From Anaerohalosphaeraceae bacterium (GTDB lineage: Bacteria > Planctomycetota > Phycisphaerae > Sedimentisphaerales > Anaerohalosphaeraceae), in NCBI GenBank assembly GCA_050309605.1, contig JBNRMN010000033.1, positions 160,001 through 224,000 of the forward strand: a stretch of 64,000 nt of DNA, read 5' to 3'. Position numbers and translations under genes: made by a program. This document shows positions 28,668-38,387 of this stretch, piece after piece. Position 1 is the stretch's first letter. Each line of letters begins with the position of its first letter. A model generated the notes under the pieces. The model saw only the letters and a program-made list of their open reading frames with translations, ran no database searches and was not told where the DNA came from.

Positions 28668-28901
28668 TTACAGGTCCTGAGGTTTTACGGTGCTGCGACG
28701 ATTGGCCTCGGTCCGCTTGCAGGCCGCATCCAGAATCTCGTAAACGCACTCGTTCAGCGCCGTCGCGGTTTCGGACGAACTCATCATCCCTTTGTCTTTG
28801 ATGTACGCCTTGACCTTGCTGGTGACAACCAGCATTTCCTTTGCGGCGGCCTTTTTGGCGGCCTTTGCTTTCTTCTTTGCAGCAGCTTTTTTCTTTGCCA
28901 T
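28668..28901 (-). CDS. Bacterial histone-fold protein with Lys/Ala-rich N-terminal tail
   Basis: GGAGG SD; MAKKKAAAKKKAKAAKKAAAK then EMLVVTSKVKAYIKDKGMMSSSETATALNECVYEILDAACKRTEANRRSTVKPQDL (RxTxxxxD). Confidence 0.88.
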   Translation of the reverse strand: MAKKKAAAKKKAKAAKKAAAKEMLVVTSKVKAYIKDKGMMSSSETATALNECVYEILDAACKRTEANRRSTVKPQDL

Positions 28902-29228
28902 TTCGGCACCTCCATGTTGAAAATAACGTTCCAATAAAATCGACTCTCGCGAGCCGAAAACCACGATTACGGGTATTTTGAAAAGGTTTTGGCGTTATTT
29001 CAACAAAAAAATCCACAAAAATTCACATATTTTGCACTTATAGAGCCTATAAATGCAAAATTTGCAGGTTTTTCAGCTGCGCCGCTTCTGCGGGATTGAC
29101 TTTTTCCGTCATTTCCGCGGTTTTTGGTTAATCGCTTCGCGTCTATGGTCGATTTGAAATTCGTAAACCGTGGCCTTCGAAAAGGCTTTAACCCTGCGAG
29201 TGCTGTATTTTTCGCGGAGAGCAATGCG

Positions 29229-29564
29229 ATGAATCGAAAGACCCGAAAACGAACGACCGACCTGAAGGATTATGTGACCGTGGCCTTCGCTGAGGACCTG
29301 GATCTGGCTCGCCAGTATGGCAGACTTCTGGCCGAGCAGGACATTCCGTCCGTTATCAAGAATCTGGGCAAAGCGCAGCAAGACGGCCAGAGCGGGATTG
29401 CGGTGATGGTGCCGGAAGAGTTTCTGGATGAGGCGTATGTGCTGATCAGTGAAGAGGCGTCGTATGACGATTTCTTTGATGCGGCGTTCGAAGACAACGG
29501 CTACGAAGGGTATGAACAGCGCGACCCGTCTTTTTATGATGATGACGAGGACGATCTCTTTTAA
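29229..29564 (+). CDS. Hypothetical protein (DUF2007-like) with acidic C-terminus
   Basis: GGAGA SD; LLAEQDIP, IAVMVPEEFLDEA pattern. Confidence 0.7.
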   Translation: MNRKTRKRTTDLKDYVTVAFAEDLDLARQYGRLLAEQDIPSVIKNLGKAQQDGQSGIAVMVPEEFLDEAYVLISEEASYDDFFDAAFEDNGYEGYEQRDPSFYDDDEDDLF

Positions 29565-29595
29565 GCTGCGGTTTGCGACGGCACAAATCAAACCA

Positions 29596-30030
29596 ATGAA
29601 CCCTATGACTGACAGGCAGCAAAATATGACGGAAAAACTGAATCCACAGCAATCGGACGTAAGCAGTGAAGATACGCGCCAGGAAAAGCGAACGACCTCG
29701 GAGGAATCGGGCGGTTTTACGGAACGCCGCAAATTCACCGAACGGCGGCGGAATCTGGTCGATCGCCGCAGCGGTTTTGATCGGCGCCGCGGTCCGGGAC
29801 ACCGGCGCACCGAGGAGCGCCGAGCCGCCGAAGAAGGCGAAATGACCGACGAGCAGTTCGACTTTTTGATGGCGATAGACCAATACAAGCGCGCCAACCA
29901 GCGTCCGTTTCCCACCTGGACGGAGGTGCTTGAAGTGGTCAAGGCCATCGGCTACCGCAAAGTCGCCGAGCCGCAGCCGCTTGAATCATTTCGCAAGGCG
30001 GACAAAAGCCAGCCCGTCGAAGTGGGATAA
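29596..30030 (+). CDS. Conserved planctomycete-type hypothetical protein with ERR/DRR repeats
   Basis: ERRKFTERRRNLVDRRSGFDRRR...MTDEQFDFLMAIDQYKRANQRPFPTWTEVLEV; start uncertain (29596/29605/29626). Confidence 0.78.
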   Translation: MNPMTDRQQNMTEKLNPQQSDVSSEDTRQEKRTTSEESGGFTERRKFTERRRNLVDRRSGFDRRRGPGHRRTEERRAAEEGEMTDEQFDFLMAIDQYKRANQRPFPTWTEVLEVVKAIGYRKVAEPQPLESFRKADKSQPVEVG

Positions 30031-30057
30031 CCTCGACCGCGCGGACAAAAGGGGCTG

Positions 30058-30858
30058 TTAAGCCTTGTTTTCAAGCGTCGTGAGGGTTTGCCGGATAAAT
30101 GCGTCGATTTCGCGGCGCATTTTTTCTTTGTCGTCAAGGTTGTCCTCGATCATTTTTACGATGCGGCTGCCGATAATCACGCCGTCGGCCCCGTCGTCGG
30201 CCACCTGCCGGGCGTGGTCGGGCGAGCTGATGCCGAAGCCCACGCACACGGGCAGGGCGGTTAAGGCCTTGAGCCGGTTGATCAGAGGCTTGACCCGCTG
30301 CGACAATGCAGTGCGCTGGCCGGTGGTTCCGAGCAGAGAGACGGTATAGATAAAGCCGGTGGTGCGTTCAATGATTTGTCTGAGCCGCGCATCGGGACAG
30401 TTGGGTGTGGCCATAAACACGGTTTCCAGACCCGCCGCTCTGGCCAGCGGAGCGATTTCGTCCGCATCGTCGATGCTCAAGTCCGCAATCAGGATGCTGG
30501 TTCCCCCGGCCTGCTTGAAATCCCGAAAGAAGGCGTCCGTACCGTACTGATAGACCGGATTGTAATAGACCAGCAGCCCGATGGGCACGGGTTTGTAAGC
30601 GGCGACTTGGGCGACAAACTCCAGCGCCTTGGGGGGCGTCATGCCCGCCTTCAGGGCGCGAATATCGGCCTTCTGGATGGTCGGGCCGTCGGCCACCGGA
30701 TCGGTAAACGGAATCCCCAGCTCAAGGATATCGGCGCCGGCGTCAAGGGCGGTCTTGACCATGTCCAGACTGGTTTGCAGGTCCGGATCGCCGATGACAA
30801 AAAACGGAATCATCGCCGCCCGATTCAATGCATTAAACACGTCTTGATAGCGTCCCAT
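30058..30858 (-). CDS. trpA: Tryptophan synthase alpha chain
   Basis: ELGIPFTDPVADGPTIQ, GFGIS, DGVIIGS. Confidence 0.97.
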   Translation of the reverse strand: MGRYQDVFNALNRAAMIPFFVIGDPDLQTSLDMVKTALDAGADILELGIPFTDPVADGPTIQKADIRALKAGMTPPKALEFVAQVAAYKPVPIGLLVYYNPVYQYGTDAFFRDFKQAGGTSILIADLSIDDADEIAPLARAAGLETVFMATPNCPDARLRQIIERTTGFIYTVSLLGTTGQRTALSQRVKPLINRLKALTALPVCVGFGISSPDHARQVADDGADGVIIGSRIVKMIEDNLDDKEKMRREIDAFIRQTLTTLENKA

Positions 30859-30938
30859 AGCAGCCTCAAAAAAATGATCCAGCCGACGGCTGTGGATAAT
30901 TTAACTTTTTGATTTTTTGATTTTTACCGTATTATTTT

Positions 30939-32114
30939 TTAATCGATGGGTCGATGTTCTTCCACGATGCCGATGTCTTTGTCGCCGCGTCCGGACAGGT
31001 TGACCACCGCGACAGTATCGGCCGGCAGTTTTCCTTGTTGCGCCAGCAGCCAGGCCAGGGCGTGCGAGCTTTCCAGGGCCGGCATGATCCCTTCCAGCCG
31101 CGTCAGCAATGCAAATGCGTCCAGCACCTGCTCATCCTCGACGGCGACATACATCGCCCGCCCGGTGTCTTTCAGATACGCATGTTCCGGCCCGACGCCG
31201 GGATAATCCAGCCCCGCTGAGATGCACTCGGTCTCGTGAATCTGCCCGTCGGCGTCCTGCAGTACATAGGTCCGAGCGCCGTGCAGAATGCCTACGGAGC
31301 CGACATTCAGCGTCGCGCAGTGATGGCCGGTGTGCAGACCTCTGCCGGCGCCTTCAATGCCGATGAGCCTGACCGATGCATCATCAAGAAAGCCGGAGAA
31401 TATGCCGATCGCGTTGGAGCCGCCGCCGACACAGGCCGCGACCAGATCCGGCAACCGCCCGATGCGCTCCAGGCACTGGGCGCGGGCTTCTTTGCCGATG
31501 ACGGTCTGAAACTGTCGGACGATCATCGGAAACGGATGCGGTCCGCCGGCCGTGCCGAACAGATAAAACGTGTCCTCCACATTCGCCGTCCAGTAGCGCA
31601 GGGCCTCATTGATGGCGTCTTTGAGTGTGCCCGTGCCGCCGGCAACCGAAATGACTTCGGCGCCGAGCAGCTTCATCTTATGCACATTGACGTTCTGGCG
31701 GGCCACATCGACGCAACCCATAAAAATTTTGGTCTCCATCCCGAACAGCGCTCCGACCATAGCGGTTGCCAGGCCGTGCTGGCCGGCGCCGGTTTCGGCG
31801 ATGAGTTTTTTCTTGCCCATATAGCGAGCCAGCAGCCCCTGACCGAGGGCGTTGTTGGTCTTGTGAGCGCCGCCGTGCAGCAAATCTTCGCGTTTGAGCC
31901 ACACGGCAAAGCCGGCTTGTTCGCTGAATCGCCGGGCGTGATACAGCGGCGTCGGGCGTCCGGCGTAATCGGCCAGCAGGGCGTTCAAGTCGCTGACAAA
32001 TGCCGGATCATTTTGAAACCGCAAGAATGCCGCCTCGATTTCTTCGATTGCCGGTATAAGCACTTCGGGGACATAAAACCCGCCGTATTGTCCATATCGT
32101 CCTTTTTGTTTCAT
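30939..32114 (-). CDS. trpB: Tryptophan synthase beta chain
   Basis: [52 protein letters not shown]. Confidence 0.98.
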   Translation of the reverse strand: MKQKGRYGQYGGFYVPEVLIPAIEEIEAAFLRFQNDPAFVSDLNALLADYAGRPTPLYHARRFSEQAGFAVWLKREDLLHGGAHKTNNALGQGLLARYMGKKKLIAETGAGQHGLATAMVGALFGMETKIFMGCVDVARQNVNVHKMKLLGAEVISVAGGTGTLKDAINEALRYWTANVEDTFYLFGTAGGPHPFPMIVRQFQTVIGKEARAQCLERIGRLPDLVAACVGGGSNAIGIFSGFLDDASVRLIGIEGAGRGLHTGHHCATLNVGSVGILHGARTYVLQDADGQIHETECISAGLDYPGVGPEHAYLKDTGRAMYVAVEDEQVLDAFALLTRLEGIMPALESSHALAWLLAQQGKLPADTVAVVNLSGRGDKDIGIVEEHRPID

Positions 32115-32752
32115 TGTCTTGCCTTTAGACCTGTGGTGTATCGAATGCCATCGAACAGTTTTTTCATTTTTTGATGATCTTTTTTGCCGGGGGCCGATTC
32201 GATTCCGCTGCATACATCAATGCCATAGACGCCGGTGCGGATTGCCTCGGCGACATTGTCCGGCGTGATTCCCCCGGCCAGAAAGAGCCGCTTGGGGATG
32301 TCTTTGATCCACTGCCAGTTGAACTGCGAGCCGGTTCCGCCATAGGCGTCGGGCGAAAAGGCATCCAGCAGAACGGCGTAGGTGTAATAGGCATTGGCTG
32401 TCTGAATGTCTTCTTGGTCTCGCACGCGAATCGCCTTGAGGGTGCGGACATTGGCGAATCGGACTTGATCGCAAAATTCCGGCGTCTCGTCGCCGTGCAG
32501 TTGAATCCAGTTCAGATAGCCGGTTTCCGCGAGGGCCTTGATTTCCTCGATGGGCGCGTTGACGAACAGTCCGACGCTGTCCACAAAGGTCGGCAGCTTG
32601 TTGATGATGGAAAAGGCTTCTTCCGGCCGAATGTAACGCGGACTTTCGGGATAAAAATTAAATCCGAGCATATCCGCCCCCATCTCGAAGGCCGCCCGGG
32701 CGTCGTCAAGATTCGTGATGCCGCAAATTTTGACTTTGATGTTGATAATCAT
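32111..32752 (-). CDS. trpF: Phosphoribosylanthranilate isomerase
   Basis: [29 protein letters not shown]. Confidence 0.97.
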   Translation of the reverse strand: MIINIKVKICGITNLDDARAAFEMGADMLGFNFYPESPRYIRPEEAFSIINKLPTFVDSVGLFVNAPIEEIKALAETGYLNWIQLHGDETPEFCDQVRFANVRTLKAIRVRDQEDIQTANAYYTYAVLLDAFSPDAYGGTGSQFNWQWIKDIPKRLFLAGGITPDNVAEAIRTGVYGIDVCSGIESAPGKKDHQKMKKLFDGIRYTTGLKARQ

Positions 32753-32759
32753 CGTTCAG

Positions 32760-33776
32760 CTATCCGTTGCTTAATTCAATCAGCTTATCCAGGCACGCCA
32801 GCGCATTGCCGGAGGCGATGGCGTGATCGGCCTTCTCGATGCCTTCGACAAAATCGCCGGCCAGCCCGGCGATCATTATAGCGGCCGCGGCGTTCAAAAG
32901 CACGATATCTTTTTTCGGGCCGCTTTCTTTGCCGGCCAGAATCGCCCGGATAATTTGTCCGTTGACCATTGCCTCGCCGCCGGCCAAGTCGTTAAAATCC
33001 GCCAGCCGAAACCCGTTCTCGGTCGGGTCGAGCGTTTCTTCGCTGATGTGTCCGTCTTTCAGGTACAGGATGCGCGTCGGCCCCATGGTGCTCAGTTCAT
33101 CCAGCCCGTTGCTGTGGACGACCATTGCCCGTTTCAGTCCCAGCACCCGCAGCGTCTCAATGATGCGCGGCATCAGGGATTCGTCGGAGACGCCCATCAC
33201 CTGCGCCGGGACATCGGCCGGGTTGGCCAGCGGGCCAAGGATGTTAAAGGCCGTGCGAAAATCCAGACTCTGCCGAACGGGCTGGACGTGCTTCATCGCC
33301 GGATGAAACTTGGGCGCGAACATAAAGCCGATGTGTGCCTGTTCGATGCACTCGGCTACCCGCTGCGGCCCCGGTGCGACATTGACGCCCATCGCTGTCA
33401 GGACATCCGCCGAGCCGCAGACGCTGGTTATGCCTTTGTTGCCGTGTTTGGCCACATACGCTCCCGCTCCGGCGGCCACGAACGCGGCGGCGGTGGAGAT
33501 GTTGAACGTTTTCATGACCGCTCCGCCCGTGCCGCAGGTGTCAATCAGCGGCGCAACATCCACGTTGACCGGCACAGCGTGTTTACGCAGTGAGGTTGCC
33601 AGCCCCGCCAGTTCAGAGACCGCCGCCTTCTTGACGCGCATTGCCGCCAGAAACGCCGCGATCTGCACCTCTGAGACCTCGCCGTCAAAAATAATGTCCA
33701 GCAGATGCTCGGCCTGTTCAAACGTCAGGTCGCGGCCTTCCAAAATCAATTCAAGATACTCTGTAATCTTCGCCAT
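32760..33776 (-). CDS. trpD: Anthranilate phosphoribosyltransferase
   Basis: DTCGTGG, FNIST, KHGN, GSADVL, GPLANP. Confidence 0.97.
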   Translation of the reverse strand: MAKITEYLELILEGRDLTFEQAEHLLDIIFDGEVSEVQIAAFLAAMRVKKAAVSELAGLATSLRKHAVPVNVDVAPLIDTCGTGGAVMKTFNISTAAAFVAAGAGAYVAKHGNKGITSVCGSADVLTAMGVNVAPGPQRVAECIEQAHIGFMFAPKFHPAMKHVQPVRQSLDFRTAFNILGPLANPADVPAQVMGVSDESLMPRIIETLRVLGLKRAMVVHSNGLDELSTMGPTRILYLKDGHISEETLDPTENGFRLADFNDLAGGEAMVNGQIIRAILAGKESGPKKDIVLLNAAAAIMIAGLAGDFVEGIEKADHAIASGNALACLDKLIELSNG

Positions 33777-33806
33777 ACCGGCCTCCCGTCATTGTTTGAA
33801 GTGAAC

Positions 33807-34397
33807 TTACCGTTGTGCTATTTTCAAAATATTTTCAATAATCCGTCCGCCCGCCGGAGTCAGGATGCTTTCCGGGTGAAACTGCACGCCGTGGATCGGC
33901 AGTGCGGTGTGCACCACACCCATCACGATGGATTCGAACGATGCGTTTTGCCGCAGACATGCCGGCAGACGTGCGGCGCACAGGCTGTGATAGCGTCCGG
34001 TTTGCAGGGGATTTTCCAGTCCCTCAAACACCCCCGTCCCGTCGTGTGTGATGCGCGAGGGCTTGCCGTGGACGACGTGCGGGGCGTGGCCGATGTGCCC
34101 GCCGAAATACTGTACGATTGCCTGATGCCCCAGACACACGCCGAACAGGCACAGCTTGTCGTGGAAATAATCAATTGCTTCCAGCGTTACGCCCGCCGTC
34201 GAAGGCGTACCCGGTCCGGGCGAAAGCACCAGCAGGTTCGGCTCAAACGCCTCGGCCGCGCGAACCAGTTCGCTCAGCGGCGTATCGGAACGATAGACCT
34301 TGGTGGGGCAGTTGCGTTTGGCAAATTCATCGACCAGGTTATACGTAAACGAATCAAAATTGTCGATAAAAAGCACCTTGGTGTGATGTTCGCTCAT
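33807..34397 (-). CDS. trpG: Anthranilate synthase component II (glutamine amidotransferase)
   Basis: IDNFDSFTYNL, SPGPG, GVCLGHQ, RYHSL, QFHPES. Confidence 0.96.
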   Translation of the reverse strand: MSEHHTKVLFIDNFDSFTYNLVDEFAKRNCPTKVYRSDTPLSELVRAAEAFEPNLLVLSPGPGTPSTAGVTLEAIDYFHDKLCLFGVCLGHQAIVQYFGGHIGHAPHVVHGKPSRITHDGTGVFEGLENPLQTGRYHSLCAARLPACLRQNASFESIVMGVVHTALPIHGVQFHPESILTPAGGRIIENILKIAQR

Positions 34398-36028
34398 TGG
34401 GAACCTCCGTTTGCTTTGTGCAGGGCCGCTGCGGCGCGGACGGCCTTAAGGCAGGATTGGGCCTTGTGTTCGGTCTCTTGAAATTCCGTCGTCGGCACGC
34501 TGTCGTGCACGATGCCCGCTCCGGCGCGAATGTAGGCGGTCTGATCGCGGATTTGCAGGCTGCGGATGGTGATGCAGCTGTCGAATTGACCGTCAACGGT
34601 CAGGTACATCACCGCGCCGCCGTAGTAGCCGCGTTTGTTTTTTTCCAGTTGACGGATGATCTTCATCGCCTCGATTTTCGGTGCGCCGGTCAGCGTGCCC
34701 ATATTCATCGTCGCCAGATACGCACTGAGCGCATCGGTATCGCTGCGGAGCTTGCCCTTGACGTTGCTGACCAGATGCATCACCGATTCATACCGCTCGG
34801 TAATCAGCATTTCGTTGACGACGCGGCTGCCCGGCTGGGCGACGCGGGCAATGTCGTTGCGGGCCAGATCCACCAGCATCATATGTTCGGCCAGTTCCTT
34901 GCGATCCAGTTTTAATTCGGCTTCATTGCGAATATCGGTGTCGGGGTCGATTTTGCCGTTGATCCGTCCGCGGGGTTTGGTGCCGGCGATGGGGCGAATC
35001 TCCACGGCCCGGCCGTTGGTGCCGCTGACCCGCAGATTCAGCTCCGGACTGGCGCCCATCAGCACGGTCGAAGGGGTATTGATGTAGAACATGTACGGCG
35101 ACGGATTGAGTTTGCGAAGCTGCCGATACACATCCAGCGGCTCGGCCGGGCACGGCTCGGTGATCGTTCGGCTCAGCACCACTTGAAAGATATCGCCGTC
35201 CAGAATGTGCCGCTTGGCCTGCTGCACCATCGCCTCATAGTCGGCCTGTGTCGTGTCGGTATCGGACAAGGCCGATACCTCCGTCGCCGGTCGCGGCGCC
35301 GGACGCTCGGCGGCGGCCCGCTCAACATAGCTGTCAAAACACTCATTGGCCTGACGGCAGATCTCGTCACGGTCGCCGTTGGTGATTATCGCATTGACGA
35401 TGACATAGCCTCTGCCCTTGCGATGATCCATCAGAAAGATGTTGTCGGCAAAATACAGTTCATAGTCCGGATTATCGAGAATGTCGTGATCATTGGCCGG
35501 CAGTTTTTCGAATTGGTCGATAAAGTCATAGCTCAGCGCCCCGACCAGTCCGCATGTCACGCGAAACGGCTTGCTGGCCAGTTCAAACGCAAAGCCGACC
35601 GCCCGCAGCACGTCCATTTGGTTGGTGCTTTTGAGCCGCGACTGTTCGTCCATGATCCTGTCGTTGGGCCGCAGTTGACCGGTAATGCACTCCGGGGCAA
35701 ATTCGACGGTTTGGCAGAACGCAAATCGCTGCCGGTGCTCGGCCAAATACGTTAGCATCCGCCGCCCCGTCGGGGTCAGGGCATCAATGCGGAATCGATC
35801 GCCGCGGCCGGTCAGATACAGGGCCGGATCGGCCGTGCCGAAGGTCAGCTCCCCGGCGTCGCCTTCAGTCAGGTAGTCCCGCGATTCGAGCAGACAGCAG
35901 TGCCGTTTGCGGCCGTAGTCGCTCAGACGGGCAAAAAACTCCACCGGACAGGTAATATCGATTTCCCGCACCATCGGGATAATCTGGCCCGGCCTGGCCC
36001 GATGAATCCGTTTTTCGTACTCTCTCAT
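34394..36028 (-). CDS. trpE: Anthranilate synthase component I
   Basis: LLES, NPSPYM, IAGTKPRG, EHMMLVDLARND, GAPKI; start at 36028 (AGGA SD) or 36043. Confidence 0.96.
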   Translation of the reverse strand: MREYEKRIHRARPGQIIPMVREIDITCPVEFFARLSDYGRKRHCCLLESRDYLTEGDAGELTFGTADPALYLTGRGDRFRIDALTPTGRRMLTYLAEHRQRFAFCQTVEFAPECITGQLRPNDRIMDEQSRLKSTNQMDVLRAVGFAFELASKPFRVTCGLVGALSYDFIDQFEKLPANDHDILDNPDYELYFADNIFLMDHRKGRGYVIVNAIITNGDRDEICRQANECFDSYVERAAAERPAPRPATEVSALSDTDTTQADYEAMVQQAKRHILDGDIFQVVLSRTITEPCPAEPLDVYRQLRKLNPSPYMFYINTPSTVLMGASPELNLRVSGTNGRAVEIRPIAGTKPRGRINGKIDPDTDIRNEAELKLDRKELAEHMMLVDLARNDIARVAQPGSRVVNEMLITERYESVMHLVSNVKGKLRSDTDALSAYLATMNMGTLTGAPKIEAMKIIRQLEKNKRGYYGGAVMYLTVDGQFDSCITIRSLQIRDQTAYIRAGAGIVHDSVPTTEFQETEHKAQSCLKAVRAAAALHKANGGSQ

Positions 36029-36083
36029 ATCAGGTGTCCTCATTGTTTTTTTTATCTTGTCGGATAGCGGTTTTAATTGGCAT

Positions 36084-36122
36084 AAAAAAAGCAACCTGCC
36101 GACAGTGCCGCAGGTTGCTTTT
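36084..36122 (-). terminator. trp attenuator terminator
   Basis: GCAACCTGC-loop-GCAGGTTGC followed by T7 on the minus strand, between the leader peptide and trpE. Confidence 0.85.
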
Positions 36123-36158
36123 CAAATCGTTCCTCACGTTTTAGACAAAACGGGTTGG

Positions 36159-36224
36159 CTACCTGTCGGCCTTATCCGCAGGCTGCCGCCACCACACCCG
36201 AATGTCTTTGCTGTTTCTATTCAT
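36159..36224 (-). CDS. trpL: trp operon leader peptide (MNRNSKDIRVWWRQPADKADR)
   Basis: Tandem TGG TGG codons; its 3' GCCGACAG can pair with CTGTCGGC of the terminator region. Confidence 0.85.
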   Translation of the reverse strand: MNRNSKDIRVWWRQPADKADR

Positions 36225-36231
36225 AGAAACA

Positions 36232-36260
36232 ATTGTACCGTTTCGTTCCCGCTCTGTCAA
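36232..36260 (-). promoter_or_regulatory. sigma70 promoter of the trp operon
   Basis: TTGACA-N17-TACAAT. Confidence 0.8.
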
Positions 36261-36458
36261 TCCGAAAAAATCGGAAATTTTGAAAAAAGTCAACAGATCG
36301 CCCTTCATTCCGATAAAAACAGGCATTCAGCCAGGCAGGGGGGATGGCAGAACCGCAGACTTTGCCCCGCAATGAACCCGTCGCCCCGGTCGAAGGAGAA
36401 TATGATTTCATTATTGAAGGTTAAAAAGCAGCCAATGCATGTTCTGGCGGGTACAGGT

Positions 36459-36953
36459 TTACGTTTCGGACTGTTCAAGACGTTTTTGGTAGCTTAGGGG
36501 GACGACCAAAACGGCACACTCGGCTTTGCGGACGATTTTTTCGGTGACATTGCCGAACAGGGCCTTTTGCAAAGCGCTGCGGCCCTGCCGTCCGATGACA
36601 ATCAGATCGGTTCGTTTGTGGTGGGCAAAGTCGAGGATTTCCTGCCAGTCTTTGCCGATGCGGTACTCGATGCGCACGTTGACCCCGTCCGGCACGTGCG
36701 ATACATAGGCCTGACGCATGCGCTCGTCCAGGTCGCGCTTGGCCTTGTTATCGACATCTTCCACTTCATAGACATACGTCTTCCAGAACTGGGCCTCGGT
36801 TTCGGGGATGACGTGCAGGATATACAACTCGCTGCCCGGACGACGGCGGGCGGCGTCCAGGGCAAACTGAAACGCAAAATCGGCATTCTCCGACAAATCC
36901 GTACAAAACAAAATGCGTTGAAACGTCGTTTTCAATGTGTTGTTGTCGCCCAT
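36459..36953 (-). CDS. Universal stress protein
   Basis: ILFCTDLS, ILHV, DLIVIGRQG, LFGNVTEKIVRKAECAVLVVP. Confidence 0.93.
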   Translation of the reverse strand: MGDNNTLKTTFQRILFCTDLSENADFAFQFALDAARRRPGSELYILHVIPETEAQFWKTYVYEVEDVDNKAKRDLDERMRQAYVSHVPDGVNVRIEYRIGKDWQEILDFAHHKRTDLIVIGRQGRSALQKALFGNVTEKIVRKAECAVLVVPLSYQKRLEQSET

Positions 36954-37085
36954 ATCTGCCTCAGATATAATTAGAATCAATTAGCCCTGAAAGGGCGAAT
37001 CCTCAATTTTGCTCTTTAATCTTTGATTTTTGTTTTCAAACGGGCCATCGGTTAGGTTGAGTTAACATCCCTTCGGGGTAAGATC

Positions 37086-38387
37086 TTATCCGACCCAATT
37101 CGGTAAAAAGGTGCAGATGGACGGAAAGATCATCAGCAGCACTGCGGCGACGACCAGAGCCAGCAGAAACGGCATCGACCCGCGAAAGATTGCCTGCAGC
37201 GATACGTCGCGTTCGATACCGCTGACGACATAGACATTCACTCCCACCGGCGGGGTAATCACGCCCATCTGAGTGACCACGACGATAATGACGCCGAACC
37301 AGATGGGGTCATAGCCCAGCTCCTGGACGACCGGATAAAAAATCGGCGTCGTCAGCAGCACCAGCGCCAAGGCGTCGATAAAACTGCCCGCGGCCAGATA
37401 AAACAGAATAATCATTCCCATCACCATCCAACTCGGCAGCGGCAGATCCGTCAGCCACGTGGCCAGTTCAAACGGAATCCGCGTAATGGCCAGAAACCGC
37501 CCGAAAATGACCGCCCCGGTCACAATAATCATCACCATACACGAGGTGCGGATGGTTTCCATCAGCGACCGATTGAGCATCTTCGGAGTCAGTTTGCCGC
37601 GCAGCGCCGCAATGATCAGACTGCCGGCTGCGCCGATGGCGGCCGCTTCGGTCGGCGAAAAAAAGCCCTTGAACATACCGATCATCACCGCCGCGAACAG
37701 TGCCAGCGTCTCAATCAGTCCCGACAGCGATTTGATACGCACCGCCCAGCTTGACGGCGGCCCGGCCGGCCCCAGTCGAGGGTTGAGAACGCACTGGATG
37801 ACAATCGTCAGCGCAAACAGCACCGCGATCATCAGGCCCGGCAAAATGCCGGCGATAAACAGCTTGCCGATGGATTGCTCGGTCAGCAGCGAATAGACGA
37901 TAAACACCACACTGGGCGGGATGAGCATTCCCAGTCCGCCGCCGGCCGCGACGGCGCCGCAACTGAGTTCGGGGCTGTATTTGTAGCGTTTCATCTCCGG
38001 CAGCGCGACCGAGGCCATCGTTGCCGCGGTGGCCGGGCCGGAGCCGCAAATCGCCCCGAACGCCGTGCACGCGCCGACGGTGGAAATCGCCAGTCCGCCG
38101 GGCAGATGGCCGAGCCAGCGGTAGGCCGCGTCAAAGAGCCGACGGCTGATGCCGGCGTGAAATGCCACCTGTCCCATCAAGACAAACAGCGGAATCACCG
38201 TCAGATTATACTGCATAAACGTCTCATACAGTTCTACGGTGATCATACTGGCTGCGGCGTGCATATCGACGATAATCGCAAATCCGAGAAAGCCCACTAC
38301 CGCCATCGTAAACGCCACAGGCAGACTGGCCGCCAGCAGCACAAACAATATCACACAGCACAGGATACCGACTTGCAAGGGCGTCAT
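37086..38387 (-). CDS. dctM: TRAP transporter large permease
   Basis: IPLFVLMG, LGMLIPPS, SPTEAA, ITPPVG. Confidence 0.95.
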   Translation of the reverse strand: MTPLQVGILCCVILFVLLAASLPVAFTMAVVGFLGFAIIVDMHAAASMITVELYETFMQYNLTVIPLFVLMGQVAFHAGISRRLFDAAYRWLGHLPGGLAISTVGACTAFGAICGSGPATAATMASVALPEMKRYKYSPELSCGAVAAGGGLGMLIPPSVVFIVYSLLTEQSIGKLFIAGILPGLMIAVLFALTIVIQCVLNPRLGPAGPPSSWAVRIKSLSGLIETLALFAAVMIGMFKGFFSPTEAAAIGAAGSLIIAALRGKLTPKMLNRSLMETIRTSCMVMIIVTGAVIFGRFLAITRIPFELATWLTDLPLPSWMVMGMIILFYLAAGSFIDALALVLLTTPIFYPVVQELGYDPIWFGVIIVVVTQMGVITPPVGVNVYVVSGIERDVSLQAIFRGSMPFLLALVVAAVLLMIFPSICTFLPNWVG

